From NCBI GenBank assembly GCA_038890745.1, contig JAWAFD010000002.1, positions 183,130-247,129 on the forward strand: a stretch of DNA of 64,000 nt, written 5' to 3'. Below, in pieces: positions 29,409 to 39,361 of the stretch; within the stretch, counting starts at the first letter, position 1; every line of letters starts with the position of its first letter. The position numbers were made by a program, and so were the translations under genes. Source of the DNA: Candidatus Anstonellales archaeon (lineage in GTDB: Archaea; Micrarchaeota; Micrarchaeia; Anstonellales; J096). The notes beneath the pieces were generated by a model. The model made no database searches. It worked only from the letters and a program-made list of their open reading frames with translations, and had not been told where the DNA came from.

Positions 29409-32400
29409 ATGTTTGTTTTTCAGGCAGGTAAAAAAGCGCAAAAAATTAGGGAAGAGGAGATTTCGCCGAAACAGTATGTAAAAAATTTTTTAACTACAAA
29501 AGGCGTTTCTCTTGAAGGTGCTTGGGAAGATTTTTTTAATTTTATTGAAAAAAAAGGGAAAAGTGCAGATAATCCATACCTCGATATAATAGTTGTGCAA
29601 GGAGAAGAAAAAGCAAGTAAGCTCGCAGATGCTTTAACCATTCTTCATGATTATATTGCTCAATACTTCGGTGTAGATATCAAAATAAGCCGACAAGGAA
29701 AAGTAGTTAGTTTAGAGAGAGTTGATGTTATACCTCAAAAACCGGAAATCGCAGGTGTACCTTCAAAGCTCCCTCAAGCCCCGGCCCCGGCATATCAACC
29801 ACCCCAACCCTGGGAAGAGGTTGAGAGGGCAAAGGAAGAGCTCGGAAAGAAATATCCTACTGTTGTCGAGTTCCATTCTTCGCAGGAAAAAGACTACTGG
29901 CTCGCTCAAAGAGACCCTAACAAAGAAGAGTGGGAGGTTGTAGGCCCATTTAGAAGAGAATTTGACGATACCCTTCATGCTGAAAAGATAAGGGTTTATG
30001 CCACGAGTATGGGTAAGTATACAGCAATCTTGTGGGTTGTCCCAGACTACATTCATGCCCTCAAGTTTTATATTGATAATGCAAGAACCTACAATGCAAA
30101 GGACGCCTCAGCAGTGAGAGATAACTTAGGAGCGCCCGGTGGTTTTCTTGCAGCTCTTTTCAATGGTCAAGCAGATTTTTTAACTCACAAAAAAAACGGG
30201 GAACTTGTTAGGAGCTTTAAAGGTGATCCGAGAAAGTTGGCAGCATTTTTAAGCAGGGGATGGACAGGAGTGTTGTATGGTAGTGAGAAAAAGACGATAT
30301 CCAAACATTCCGAAAAAATAGACGAGCTAATGAACTTTGCTAAAGGTTCATTTGATAATTTAAGAGGAGTTCTTCCAGATGATAGTTGGGTTGCTTTTAA
30401 AGTCGGTGGAGAGGCCATGGCCGAGTATGCAATTCGACTTGGTCTCATAAACGAAAAGATAAGGGATGATTATGCGAATGCGTTTGCATTCGGAATGCTT
30501 GAGATCTCTTATTTTGAATCAGGTTTGTCACTAAAAGACTTTTTTGCTTGGTATAGAGGAGAAGATACAGGACGCATAGATCCTGATACAGTAATAAGAA
30601 ATATAATCAAGGTGAAGGAAGGAAATAAATATAGGCTTTTTTACGGTGGAGAGGAGATAACCGAACCTACAGAAATTGTTTTTAGCCCGTATAAAGATTT
30701 GATGATAACAGATAGCAGCGGTAATATGCTTGCCCATCTGCGCATTACCCATTCAAACTGGTTGTATAGGAGAAGTGCGTGGGAGGGAAATAAGGATTAC
30801 AGTGAATTAATTCAGAAAGGCGTGTTTAAAACATCCGTTGACAAATGGTCCTGGCTTGGAATAGGAGTGACCGTTATTTACCATCCAGTTAATAAAGAGA
30901 TTAGTTTTGATATTGTTCCTGGGATTTCAGAAGAGGTTTGGTTGGGCGGGGTTAAACCTAAGCCAGAAGAAATTAGACCTCCAGAGGAAAGAATGGCAAA
31001 CGCTTTTAGTATAGTTGGCGATAGAGAATTTCGGATTGTTGGAACCGGATTTAAAACAAACGGAAGGATAATAGCATATGGAGAAACAGATATAAAAGAT
31101 TTGAGGGATGATCCTAATTTCTCTCTTAACTATATCGCATATTCTTCTCCTCTCCCAAAACAGGAGATGTGGTTCCCCGGGTTAAGAGGAAAGAAGGAGA
31201 GGTATGTTGCGTATATTCTCCTTCCGGCTGGAGAAAGCATTCAAGACCGACTACCTTCCTGGATTAAAAAGTGTGAGAGTGGGATACAAAATGGAGCCTT
31301 TGTTTATGAGGATTACAGGTATGATCTCATTCTTACTACAAAGGACGGAAAACAGATGAACGTTCTACCGGGTGTTTCTGTAAACCTGATACAAAAGGGT
31401 CTTAAGCCAGAGTACCTCCAGTATGAAATTAATCCAGACGGTACTTATGATATTTATGTTTGCTTAAATAAAGATGGAGAGATAGTTAGACGGCCAGACC
31501 CTGAGAAAATTAGGAATAGAGAGTATTACATTGAGACAATAGCTACGGGGGTTAACACAGGAGGCTCTGAAATTGTGAGCGCTTCGTTTGTAGATAATAA
31601 AAGAACCGGGCTTGATATATATGCGGTTGTTAAATTAGACAAGGATGGCACAGCAACCCTTCAAGACGCTGCAAGGATCGTTGGCCATGAGTTTGACTAC
31701 AAATGGTTGGATGAAAAAGGATACAGAAAAGTGTATCTTGGTTCTCTTCCATCCTCCAGGGTTGTGGAAACCGCACCCGGGGAAAAATCATACCATATTC
31801 TCCCAACAGATATTAGTTCAGACTGGCAACCCCTTCTAGTTGGAACGATTCCTCCTGAATTGATAAGAGTAAGCGCAGATGGAAAAACAGGAGAATTTAC
31901 AGCAGAACTTTATCCGACTGTTGCGGTGCAGAAAGGAATAAAGAACTATTATGTAACCTACTACATGAATTATAAGGGGAAGCCGCCTGTTTCTTTTGAT
32001 TTTGCTGGCCTGCCTGTTTCTGTTGAGACGCTCGCAAGTAAAGACGCCGAAACAAGAAAAGCCGCGATAAGCCAACTTCTTTCACTCTCTCAGAATCCAA
32101 TGTCTTCTACTGAAGCATCAGACTATATGGGACTTATTTCAGAAGTAGAAGGAAAATGGAGGGACAGGCTTGATGAGGAAGATAGGAAAAACTTGGCAGC
32201 AGCAAGGGCTAACTTTGAAAGATACTCTGGAATAGCAAGAGGAGGAGAGATTGCGGCGGGGGTGAGCGAGAGACTACCTACGCTTCCGGAGCCGCAGTAT
32301 ACACTCTCTATGAATCAACAGAGTATTACTGGACTTACCACTGCAGATATTCCTTCGCAGTGGGATAGGATATGGGGGATTCAGGATGATCAAGCAAAAC

Positions 32401-33605
32401 TCCACCGATTTAGCGAAGCTGTTCATGCTCTTGGGGTAGGATTAATGTTAGATGTTGGGGAAGAGCGAGAAAAAGCAAAACAGTTTGGTTATGAATTTTT
32501 AAAGGCCTTCATCCCAAACCCAAAACCCTCATTTGAGGACCTTACCGAGGAGGAAAAAAATGCTATTGCTGCGATGGTTTATGGAAAAGACTATGGGCAG
32601 CTTGGCTCTGTTCAGAAAACAAATGTTGCGAAGATCTATTCATTGCTGATAAATGGGAATATAAAAGAGCTGTTCGAAACACCGGGTTTAATAGAGGCTA
32701 CAAATTTAGAAGGTATAGTAGATCCGATTTCTAAGATGGAATTTCTTTCTAAAATAAATGAGAATGTTATGAGTGTGGGGGACATTATTCTTGATTGGAG
32801 AAGTGGTGGTACTGCTGCAGGCGAGCTCGGTGCTCCGACAGCCGGGTTGGCTGCAAACCTAGGTGCTTTTGTTGACTTTATAGATACAGAGTATAAACGC
32901 GGGAGATTGCAGCTTATTAAAGTTGAAGAAACAGACCCAGAAACTGGAAAGAAAGAAATACACTATGCTTACGGTGGGCTTGATATTGCTGATAAAAGAA
33001 GGCTTGGTATAGAACCAAGACTGAGAGGAGAGATAACAGCACGTCTTCCAAGCGGCATTAAAGCAACCATAAAAGGCGGAGTTGGATACAGAGCAGAATT
33101 TGAAAAGGGTGAGCGAGGAAGAGGGAGATGGACTTCAAATGTAGGGATGGAGATTGGAGACATACGAATTCCACATACTAATGTTGTTCTTTTAATAAAT
33201 GGCGATTGGGGAAAGATACCTGCTCTTCGCGGTATGGAGGAACGCACTACTGTGAGCGGAACTGCATCCTTTAATCTTTTAGTTCCCCACTCAGCAACGA
33301 TAGGTTTGAGAAGAAGCGTATACACACGTGAGGGCGAGGTGGAAGAACTTTCTCCTACTGGAGTGGAAAGGACAGGTTTTGCAGTACTTACATCCACGCT
33401 ATACGAGACTCCTGAAGGTAGGAAGCTCTCATCCAATCTCTCTGCTGAGGTTGATAGATTGTCAAGGCAAGGCTGGAAGAGATGGGAGATTGGAGGGGAG
33501 TATCAGGTTGCTCCTGGTAAAACATTCTATGCGGGGATTGGACGTGTCAACACACAGCTAGGAATATATAATACTTTTAGGATTGGTTTTCGATTGAGGA
33601 TCTGA
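29409..33605 (+). CDS. Large hypothetical protein with C-terminal amphipathic beta-strand region
   Basis: 1398-aa ORF with tttataaa promoter and GGTGA SD. No motif recognised. Confidence 0.7.
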   Translation: MFVFQAGKKAQKIREEEISPKQYVKNFLTTKGVSLEGAWEDFFNFIEKKGKSADNPYLDIIVVQGEEKASKLADALTILHDYIAQYFGVDIKISRQGKVVSLERVDVIPQKPEIAGVPSKLPQAPAPAYQPPQPWEEVERAKEELGKKYPTVVEFHSSQEKDYWLAQRDPNKEEWEVVGPFRREFDDTLHAEKIRVYATSMGKYTAILWVVPDYIHALKFYIDNARTYNAKDASAVRDNLGAPGGFLAALFNGQADFLTHKKNGELVRSFKGDPRKLAAFLSRGWTGVLYGSEKKTISKHSEKIDELMNFAKGSFDNLRGVLPDDSWVAFKVGGEAMAEYAIRLGLINEKIRDDYANAFAFGMLEISYFESGLSLKDFFAWYRGEDTGRIDPDTVIRNIIKVKEGNKYRLFYGGEEITEPTEIVFSPYKDLMITDSSGNMLAHLRITHSNWLYRRSAWEGNKDYSELIQKGVFKTSVDKWSWLGIGVTVIYHPVNKEISFDIVPGISEEVWLGGVKPKPEEIRPPEERMANAFSIVGDREFRIVGTGFKTNGRIIAYGETDIKDLRDDPNFSLNYIAYSSPLPKQEMWFPGLRGKKERYVAYILLPAGESIQDRLPSWIKKCESGIQNGAFVYEDYRYDLILTTKDGKQMNVLPGVSVNLIQKGLKPEYLQYEINPDGTYDIYVCLNKDGEIVRRPDPEKIRNREYYIETIATGVNTGGSEIVSASFVDNKRTGLDIYAVVKLDKDGTATLQDAARIVGHEFDYKWLDEKGYRKVYLGSLPSSRVVETAPGEKSYHILPTDISSDWQPLLVGTIPPELIRVSADGKTGEFTAELYPTVAVQKGIKNYYVTYYMNYKGKPPVSFDFAGLPVSVETLASKDAETRKAAISQLLSLSQNPMSSTEASDYMGLISEVEGKWRDRLDEEDRKNLAAARANFERYSGIARGGEIAAGVSERLPTLPEPQYTLSMNQQSITGLTTADIPSQWDRIWGIQDDQAKLHRFSEAVHALGVGLMLDVGEEREKAKQFGYEFLKAFIPNPKPSFEDLTEEEKNAIAAMVYGKDYGQLGSVQKTNVAKIYSLLINGNIKELFETPGLIEATNLEGIVDPISKMEFLSKINENVMSVGDIILDWRSGGTAAGELGAPTAGLAANLGAFVDFIDTEYKRGRLQLIKVEETDPETGKKEIHYAYGGLDIADKRRLGIEPRLRGEITARLPSGIKATIKGGVGYRAEFEKGERGRGRWTSNVGMEIGDIRIPHTNVVLLINGDWGKIPALRGMEERTTVSGTASFNLLVPHSATIGLRRSVYTREGEVEELSPTGVERTGFAVLTSTLYETPEGRKLSSNLSAEVDRLSRQGWKRWEIGGEYQVAPGKTFYAGIGRVNTQLGIYNTFRIGFRLRI

Positions 33606-33609
33606 AAAC

Positions 33610-35409
33610 ATGAGAAATTTGCACATCTTAATATTGCTTTTTCTTCTTTTGCTTTCTCTTTCTTTTAGTTCAAAAACTTCAGATACTACAGTTTCTACAT
33701 CGCTTTACAAATGCAACACTGTAGAAAGTAGTTATTCAGTAAACACAAAACTCTATTTTAAAAATGTTTTCAAGGTTTCACCAGAAAGCGGCGTCGTGGT
33801 TTTGGACCCGGGGGAGGGAGGCACGCAATCAGACTTAGGAGATAATGCCGTAATCTGTCCAGGTAAAGTTACCCTCTCAAGCAAGGTGGATGGGGAATAT
33901 GCTCATGGATCTCAATGGAGCGCAACTGTTGATGTTTTATCTGGTGATGACTCTGGCTATGCTGACTACAATCAGGTATCGCCCGGAAGGTTTAAGTTTT
34001 CTTCAAATTTGTATCAGGACTACTACACCGCAACATGGGAATATGGCATTATTCCTGATTTCAATAGAGTAAACGAAAAGGTGAAATTTTGCTGGAAAAT
34101 AAACGACTGTACAGATGATACTACAAAAGGTGGGAGCGGGGGCGCGGTTAAATCAAAAATTAAGTTTTCTGCAGGTAGTCAAACCTATGAGACACCATGG
34201 CTAGAAAGTGATTCTTCTTCTTGGACGGTTTCTCTTAGTGAAGGTTCATATGAACTAAGCTCTGTTTTGAGTATAAATGGAGCAGTAATTGGAATAGCTC
34301 GGGACAATACACAAAATGATAATTATGATAGCACACATTTTTTTGCATTTACAAAGTTGGGTTTTTGTAATGATGACGGCGGTGCGTTCTCTACTTCCCT
34401 TCCTAAGGCCAGCATCCGCATACAAGTCCTTAACGCCAACGATGTGAGTATGGAGCTTGTCTCGCGACAACCCGGTGATCCAGTCCCGCTTCCAACAGAC
34501 ATGACAATCGTGGTAAAGAATACAGGGCCCATTTCAATAAAAGTTACTTCAGCATCCATAACGCCAGGCTATTCGATTAGAGAAATCTCAGGGTTTGGCG
34601 AAGAGATTCAAGCTGGCCATCAGCACACCATTAAGGTTCATCTTGAAGCAACCCAAACCCCTCCACCAGCGTCCGGAACGATAACTCTTAAATACCAGTC
34701 AGTTGGACCGACATGCGATGGAACAGTTAAAACAAAAGACCTTAACTTTGGAATAAGCACTGAAGTAGGAAAGCCAGACCTTTCCCCCAAAATAACCTGG
34801 CGCCTTCCCTTACCTTTCTACGAGGGTGATGCTGCTGGGATCACAATACATGACTGCAACCAACTCATTAAAGCAGGAGCGCACGACTCAACCTATTCCA
34901 TCAAAACCAATGATGGCAATAATATTATAAAAGAGGAAACGGTTCGGGTTGGAGAGCTGGATGCTGGCAAATGCCAACAGTTATATAATGGTAATGTTGT
35001 GTGTACAAAAAACATCATTGTTACGGTTTGCAGTGATGTTAAAAATGAAGTGGATGAAGGGGGCAATGAGGGTAATAATTGCATAACAGAAACGCAGGCA
35101 TGCTCTGGAGCAGAAGAAGCAGGCAACTGTACCATCACTCCATCATACGCAACCTTCATCCCGCCTTCAAGCAAATACTTTAAGCTTACCTGCGGCGCTG
35201 CTTACTGCACTGAAGCAAAATGGAAGCTTGAGGATTTAGATGAGCACGTTTCTGCTTCGGTTGATAATTATGGGGCAACGGTCTATGTTGATGCAGAGGC
35301 GCCTCCTCAAAAAGGAAGGCTCGTTGCCGATGCAAAATTGAATGAAGAAAAATACACATGTTCTTCTGTTATAGATATTATAGAGAGCGAGTGCGAGGAT
35401 TATATATAA
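33610..35409 (+). CDS. Secreted Cys-containing Ig/CARDB-domain protein
   Basis: Signal peptide and a CARDB-like KPDLSP...DVKNEVDEGGNEGNNC motif. Confidence 0.7.
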   Translation: MRNLHILILLFLLLLSLSFSSKTSDTTVSTSLYKCNTVESSYSVNTKLYFKNVFKVSPESGVVVLDPGEGGTQSDLGDNAVICPGKVTLSSKVDGEYAHGSQWSATVDVLSGDDSGYADYNQVSPGRFKFSSNLYQDYYTATWEYGIIPDFNRVNEKVKFCWKINDCTDDTTKGGSGGAVKSKIKFSAGSQTYETPWLESDSSSWTVSLSEGSYELSSVLSINGAVIGIARDNTQNDNYDSTHFFAFTKLGFCNDDGGAFSTSLPKASIRIQVLNANDVSMELVSRQPGDPVPLPTDMTIVVKNTGPISIKVTSASITPGYSIREISGFGEEIQAGHQHTIKVHLEATQTPPPASGTITLKYQSVGPTCDGTVKTKDLNFGISTEVGKPDLSPKITWRLPLPFYEGDAAGITIHDCNQLIKAGAHDSTYSIKTNDGNNIIKEETVRVGELDAGKCQQLYNGNVVCTKNIIVTVCSDVKNEVDEGGNEGNNCITETQACSGAEEAGNCTITPSYATFIPPSSKYFKLTCGAAYCTEAKWKLEDLDEHVSASVDNYGATVYVDAEAPPQKGRLVADAKLNEEKYTCSSVIDIIESECEDYI

Positions 35410-35471
35410 GCAATTGGCATTACCAGTGAAGGGTTGGACTTTGGGCAGAAAGGGGTAAGCTTAGCGCATGA

Positions 35472-35510
35472 AAATTACTTACCAATGGTAAGTAACTTAC
35501 CAGGGGTAAG
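35472..35510. repeat. 39-bp direct repeat, copy 1 (two tandem ACTTACC-N3-GGTAAG palindromes), abutting the TATA box
   Basis: Identical to 36594-36632 and followed by tttttaaac. Confidence 0.95.
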
Positions 35511-35540
35511 TTTTTAAACCTTTTGAATAACTAAAACCTT

Positions 35541-36617
35541 ATGTACTTTGACCCTGAGCCAAAGGAGAGTAGAAAGGACGTTTACAACTTTGAGCAGGAA
35601 TACGATGCGTTAAAAAAGTCAATACTTGGGCGGGATAGGATAATAGTCATAAAGGGACTGAGGAGAACAGGAAAAACTACGCTGATGAAGGTTGTATACA
35701 ATGAGTTAAAAGAAGCAAAATGTTTTATAGATGGTAGGGTGGTTGAGCCAAGACAGAGCGCAGTTTATTCTGCTCTTCTAAATGCCGTCGCAGGAGCAGT
35801 AACAGAGAAGTACGTGGGTGTAAAGGCAAGAGAAATAATTGAAGCGATAAGATTTGAGTTTATGGGTATTAGCCTTTCGTTAAAAAAGGAAAGAGCACTA
35901 CGTTTCTTTTCGGATGTAGATAAGGTGCTAGAAAGAAAAAAAGAAACCCTGATCGTGTTTATAGATGAAGTGCAGAGAATAAATCCTGGAAATATAGATG
36001 GTATAATAGCGCATGTGTTTGAACACACAAAAAACATAAAATTTGTTCTTGCCGGTTCAGAGATAGGATTACTGGATCAGGTTATAGGAACAGATGCTAA
36101 AAGCAGCTTATATGGTAGACCAAAAAAAATTATTCAAATACAAAAGTTAACTGAAGAACAGGCAAAGGGATTCCTAAGAAGTGGCTTTAAGCAAGCTGGT
36201 ATAAAGATGGAAGAGGATGAAATTGAGAGAGTAGTTGAGGTTCTTGATGGGGTAATAGGATGGCTTACGTTATTTGGGTACTATGCGATTGAGGAGGGAA
36301 AGAAGACCGCACTTAAGAAGGTTATAGAAGAAGGTGCAAAAATAACTGCAGAGGAGATAGAGAATTTTTTGAGAGGGAGGGAAATCGCAAGAAGGAAATA
36401 TCTTAGGATTATGGAAGGATTGGTTGCTGGGCTAAGATGGATCGAGGTGAAAAGACTTCTCGAAGCAGAAGAAGGAAAAAAAGTAAACGATAAAATGGTT
36501 TCAAAATATCTTGCAGAACTTGAGAAATATAGTTTCATAGTAAAAACAGATGGAAGGTATTTCCTTTCAGACCCCATGATACAAAGGGGCGTGAAATTAC
36601 TTACCAATGGTAAGTAA
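35541..36617 (+). CDS. Archaeal ATPase (ATPase_2-type P-loop NTPase with C-terminal winged helix)
   Basis: MYFDPEPK start, Walker A GLRRTGKT, Walker B VFIDEVQ, LAGSEIGLL, LDGVIGWL and C-terminal YLAELEKYSFI...YFLSDPM. Confidence 0.85.
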   Translation: MYFDPEPKESRKDVYNFEQEYDALKKSILGRDRIIVIKGLRRTGKTTLMKVVYNELKEAKCFIDGRVVEPRQSAVYSALLNAVAGAVTEKYVGVKAREIIEAIRFEFMGISLSLKKERALRFFSDVDKVLERKKETLIVFIDEVQRINPGNIDGIIAHVFEHTKNIKFVLAGSEIGLLDQVIGTDAKSSLYGRPKKIIQIQKLTEEQAKGFLRSGFKQAGIKMEEDEIERVVEVLDGVIGWLTLFGYYAIEEGKKTALKKVIEEGAKITAEEIENFLRGREIARRKYLRIMEGLVAGLRWIEVKRLLEAEEGKKVNDKMVSKYLAELEKYSFIVKTDGRYFLSDPMIQRGVKLLTNGK

Positions 36618-36632
36618 CTTACCAGGGGTAAG
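36594..36632. repeat. 39-bp direct repeat, copy 2, encoding the last residues and stop of the ATPase
   Basis: Identical to 35472-35510. Confidence 0.95.
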
Positions 36633-36646
36633 ATATAGGATACCAT

Positions 36647-37192
36647 CTACTCGCTTACGACCCCATAATAACTTACATTCATCTTTCTTATCCCTTCAAA
36701 GGTTTCCACATCGTTTCCTTCGCATGTTATAGTAAAAATAATCTCTCCCGAACAGCCCTGCATGCTTCCAGGATGTGTGAAGAGCCCGCACCTCTCGCCA
36801 TGGGTGTTCAGCCAATTTACCTTTTCCTGAATGTTGCTGGTGTTCCATGTTATTCCGTAGAATGCGTACTCTATTTTTTCACTTATGTTAAATATTCTAT
36901 TCTTCACCCAAACATCCCCAACCTTCACAGAGTTTCCGTTTATTTCCGTGTAGTTTAGGTTTGAGTTTAAAAAAGAAACCGGCGAGCGATAGTAATTGCA
37001 ATAGAGTAACATTCCGCTCTTTCCAATGGCATAGCTCTTATTCTGAAATTCATAAACCTCTCCTAATTCAATCCTTCCGGCTTGCAGCTCATCCACATTC
37101 TCGTGAACAAGAAGGAGAGCCAGGAGTATGGAGGCAATGATCAGAAAAATAAAAACTATCGCAGCCGGCGCGAATCCCTTTACTTTACCCAT
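36647..37192 (-). CDS. Pilin-like protein
   Basis: KVKG/FAPAAIVFIFLII class III-like N-terminus; last gene of the overlapping cluster. Confidence 0.6.
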   Translation of the reverse strand: MGKVKGFAPAAIVFIFLIIASILLALLLVHENVDELQAGRIELGEVYEFQNKSYAIGKSGMLLYCNYYRSPVSFLNSNLNYTEINGNSVKVGDVWVKNRIFNISEKIEYAFYGITWNTSNIQEKVNWLNTHGERCGLFTHPGSMQGCSGEIIFTITCEGNDVETFEGIRKMNVSYYGVVSE

Positions 37193-37566
37193 ATCACCCC
37201 ATTCCCTCCATCATAAAGCTCTATCTCAAACATGATTCCATCCTTTTTCGCATTCGGAAAATAGTTTGTTTCTATGTTTATTTCTCTTTCTTTGCATAGC
37301 GTATCAACATATACCGGAGCGCCATCCAATATTATATAATTCTCCCCCTCTGCGATGCTATCTGCAATGAGCAAAAGAATGCTCCTTCCATTATAGGTTT
37401 CTTTTTTTGCTTTTTCTATGGTTTGCAGCGCACCGATGTATTTATACGAAATCTCCATCTGCTTCTCAACTGCGCTTTCCCTTTCGGCCCCAACATACAT
37501 AAGGGCAGATGCCAAAACACCGAGTGCAACGATCCCCATCACTATACCTATTACATCATCCATCAT
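37180..37566 (-). CDS. Pilin-like/small membrane protein
   Basis: Single N-terminal hydrophobic helix and ATGA overlap with the upstream gene. Confidence 0.55.
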   Translation of the reverse strand: MMDDVIGIVMGIVALGVLASALMYVGAERESAVEKQMEISYKYIGALQTIEKAKKETYNGRSILLLIADSIAEGENYIILDGAPVYVDTLCKEREINIETNYFPNAKKDGIMFEIELYDGGNGVIWVK

Positions 37567-38015
37567 TCCAACACCCTTACCTTCCCATCCTCTTTAATTA
37601 CAAGGATATGGTGCGCTCCCGGCAAAAGCATTGCCTCGGTTGCGTTGCACGCTAAATTATAGCAAGTCTCCTCTTTGCATATTTTTTTTCCGCTTATGTT
37701 TATTCCACTTTCCACATAAACAGTTTCAAAAATTCTTTTTTCATTTAAGCAGACAACATCCATCGCTCCCTTAACCTTTGCTACATCCTCCCTTCCAGAA
37801 TGATAACCGCCGACAGAAAACTCTTTTCCTCCATACCCTAAGAATGTCCAGTTTTTTTCTGCATTTATTTTTAAAATTTGGAGGGCGTTCAGCATCTCCC
37901 TCTGTTCCCAATATTTATCATAAGCATTTACAACTAAAACATTCGCGAAGAAGACTATTGCGGCAATAAGAAAAACAAACATTACTTTTGGAAAGATATT
38001 CAGCTGCCCCCGCAT
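37563..38015 (-). CDS. Pilin-like protein (class III signal peptide)
   Basis: MRG/QLNIFPKVMFVFLIAAIVFF. Confidence 0.65.
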   Translation of the reverse strand: MRGQLNIFPKVMFVFLIAAIVFFANVLVVNAYDKYWEQREMLNALQILKINAEKNWTFLGYGGKEFSVGGYHSGREDVAKVKGAMDVVCLNEKRIFETVYVESGINISGKKICKEETCYNLACNATEAMLLPGAHHILVIKEDGKVRVLE

Positions 38016-38359
38016 GTAATCCTCTCCTTTCCAGAGCAATGGACCTCCTTCGTGAAAGTAAACTCACCGCTTGCGTTTAGTTCAAGCGGGTAGGGGAAGT
38101 AGCTCTCCTGCCCATCCACACCTGCGAAAACAACCCCTTTCCCTATAAACACCTTCCCCCCATACTCAAAACTCGCATTGCTCCATCCTTTTTCATAACT
38201 CTCCATTATCAAAAAGCTAACCTTTTTCGCAATATCATTTGCTAAAAATTTTTTCTGCTCGTTTATCTGAAAACTTATTGCGTTCCACATTATGGCAATT
38301 ACAATAAGAACAGCTACGAGAGAGCCAACATTCACTATAAAGTCGGTTGTTGCGGTCAT
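38000..38359 (-). CDS. Pilin-like/small membrane protein
   Basis: N-terminal hydrophobic helix and ATGA coupling. Confidence 0.55.
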   Translation of the reverse strand: MTATTDFIVNVGSLVAVLIVIAIMWNAISFQINEQKKFLANDIAKKVSFLIMESYEKGWSNASFEYGGKVFIGKGVVFAGVDGQESYFPYPLELNASGEFTFTKEVHCSGKERITCGGS

Positions 38360-38757
38360 CCTACCATTCCTTTTAGGCTCACTACACCATCCTTCTTCTC
38401 AAAAATGAATGTATATTCGTTTTCCACACCGGCAGGAACAAAAAGCGAAGTTACATTTGTTCGACAGGTAATATTTTTGCACAACTCATTCTTTCCGCTT
38501 ATGCAGAACTCATCATTATACCCGGTCATAACCAATTCCCCATAAACTTTTTTCTTAAAACTAAAACTGCTTTCGTCCGGCATGGAGCAGAAGGTCTCAA
38601 GCTTTCCGGAAAGCTCATCAAACAGTCTTTTCTGCTCATTAGAAATAAAATTTTCCTTAAAGGAGCCGAAAGCGTTCCAGTATGCCATTATCACTATTGA
38701 AGCGAAAATGAAGCTTGCAAGGATCCATATCCACAAACTCGGCGCATCTCCTTTCAT
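38356..38757 (-). CDS. Pilin-like protein (class III signal peptide)
   Basis: MKG/DAPSLWIWILASFIFASIVI and ATGA coupling. Confidence 0.65.
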   Translation of the reverse strand: MKGDAPSLWIWILASFIFASIVIMAYWNAFGSFKENFISNEQKRLFDELSGKLETFCSMPDESSFSFKKKVYGELVMTGYNDEFCISGKNELCKNITCRTNVTSLFVPAGVENEYTFIFEKKDGVVSLKGMVG

Positions 38758-39323
38758 TGGCATCTGAGCTCCCCTCTATCTGTTTGGGGGAAAGCGATCG
38801 TAAACCAATGATATGCCAAAAATTTATCATGACATTCTCCGGGGTCGAGAAGCTCATTCAGCCTTGCATTCAGCGCGCTTCCGCTTACACCCAAGCCAGA
38901 ATAATAAGAGCAGACTGCCTCGCTGCATTTTTTTGCATCAACATTAGGGCATTCTACAAGGATAAAGCATGGAACCCTTTTCTCGCATGCCCCAACCCCT
39001 CCGAGAGAAACCTCTGCGAAAACAGAGCTGTCCGTATAGTCGTTTTTGTCCCCATCTCCGTTTAGGTCTATCTCGTTGAATGAGGTGCAGAATTCCACAA
39101 GGTTTTTATTGCTCATGGATTTTTGATAGTTGCTGCATTTTGTCTCGCAATTTTGAACAATTTTCTGAACAGCCATCTTCTGCTCTTGTGTGAGCTGGAT
39201 TCCCTGAAGCTTCTCGCTTTCCTGAGCCATGTATTTTGTGAATATATCAAGCACTACATAAACAACAATGACCAAAACAAGCAGAACGAGCACAATCTCT
39301 AATGCCTTACTCTGTCCTTTCAT
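38754..39323 (-). CDS. Cys-rich pilin-like protein (class III signal peptide)
   Basis: MKG/QSKALEIVLVLLVLVIVVY, a DLNGDGD Ca-binding-like loop and many Cys. Confidence 0.7.
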   Translation of the reverse strand: MKGQSKALEIVLVLLVLVIVVYVVLDIFTKYMAQESEKLQGIQLTQEQKMAVQKIVQNCETKCSNYQKSMSNKNLVEFCTSFNEIDLNGDGDKNDYTDSSVFAEVSLGGVGACEKRVPCFILVECPNVDAKKCSEAVCSYYSGLGVSGSALNARLNELLDPGECHDKFLAYHWFTIAFPQTDRGELRCQ

Positions 39324-39361
39324 AAGAATCCCTCACGCTTTTATTTTTGCTGTTTGTGTTT

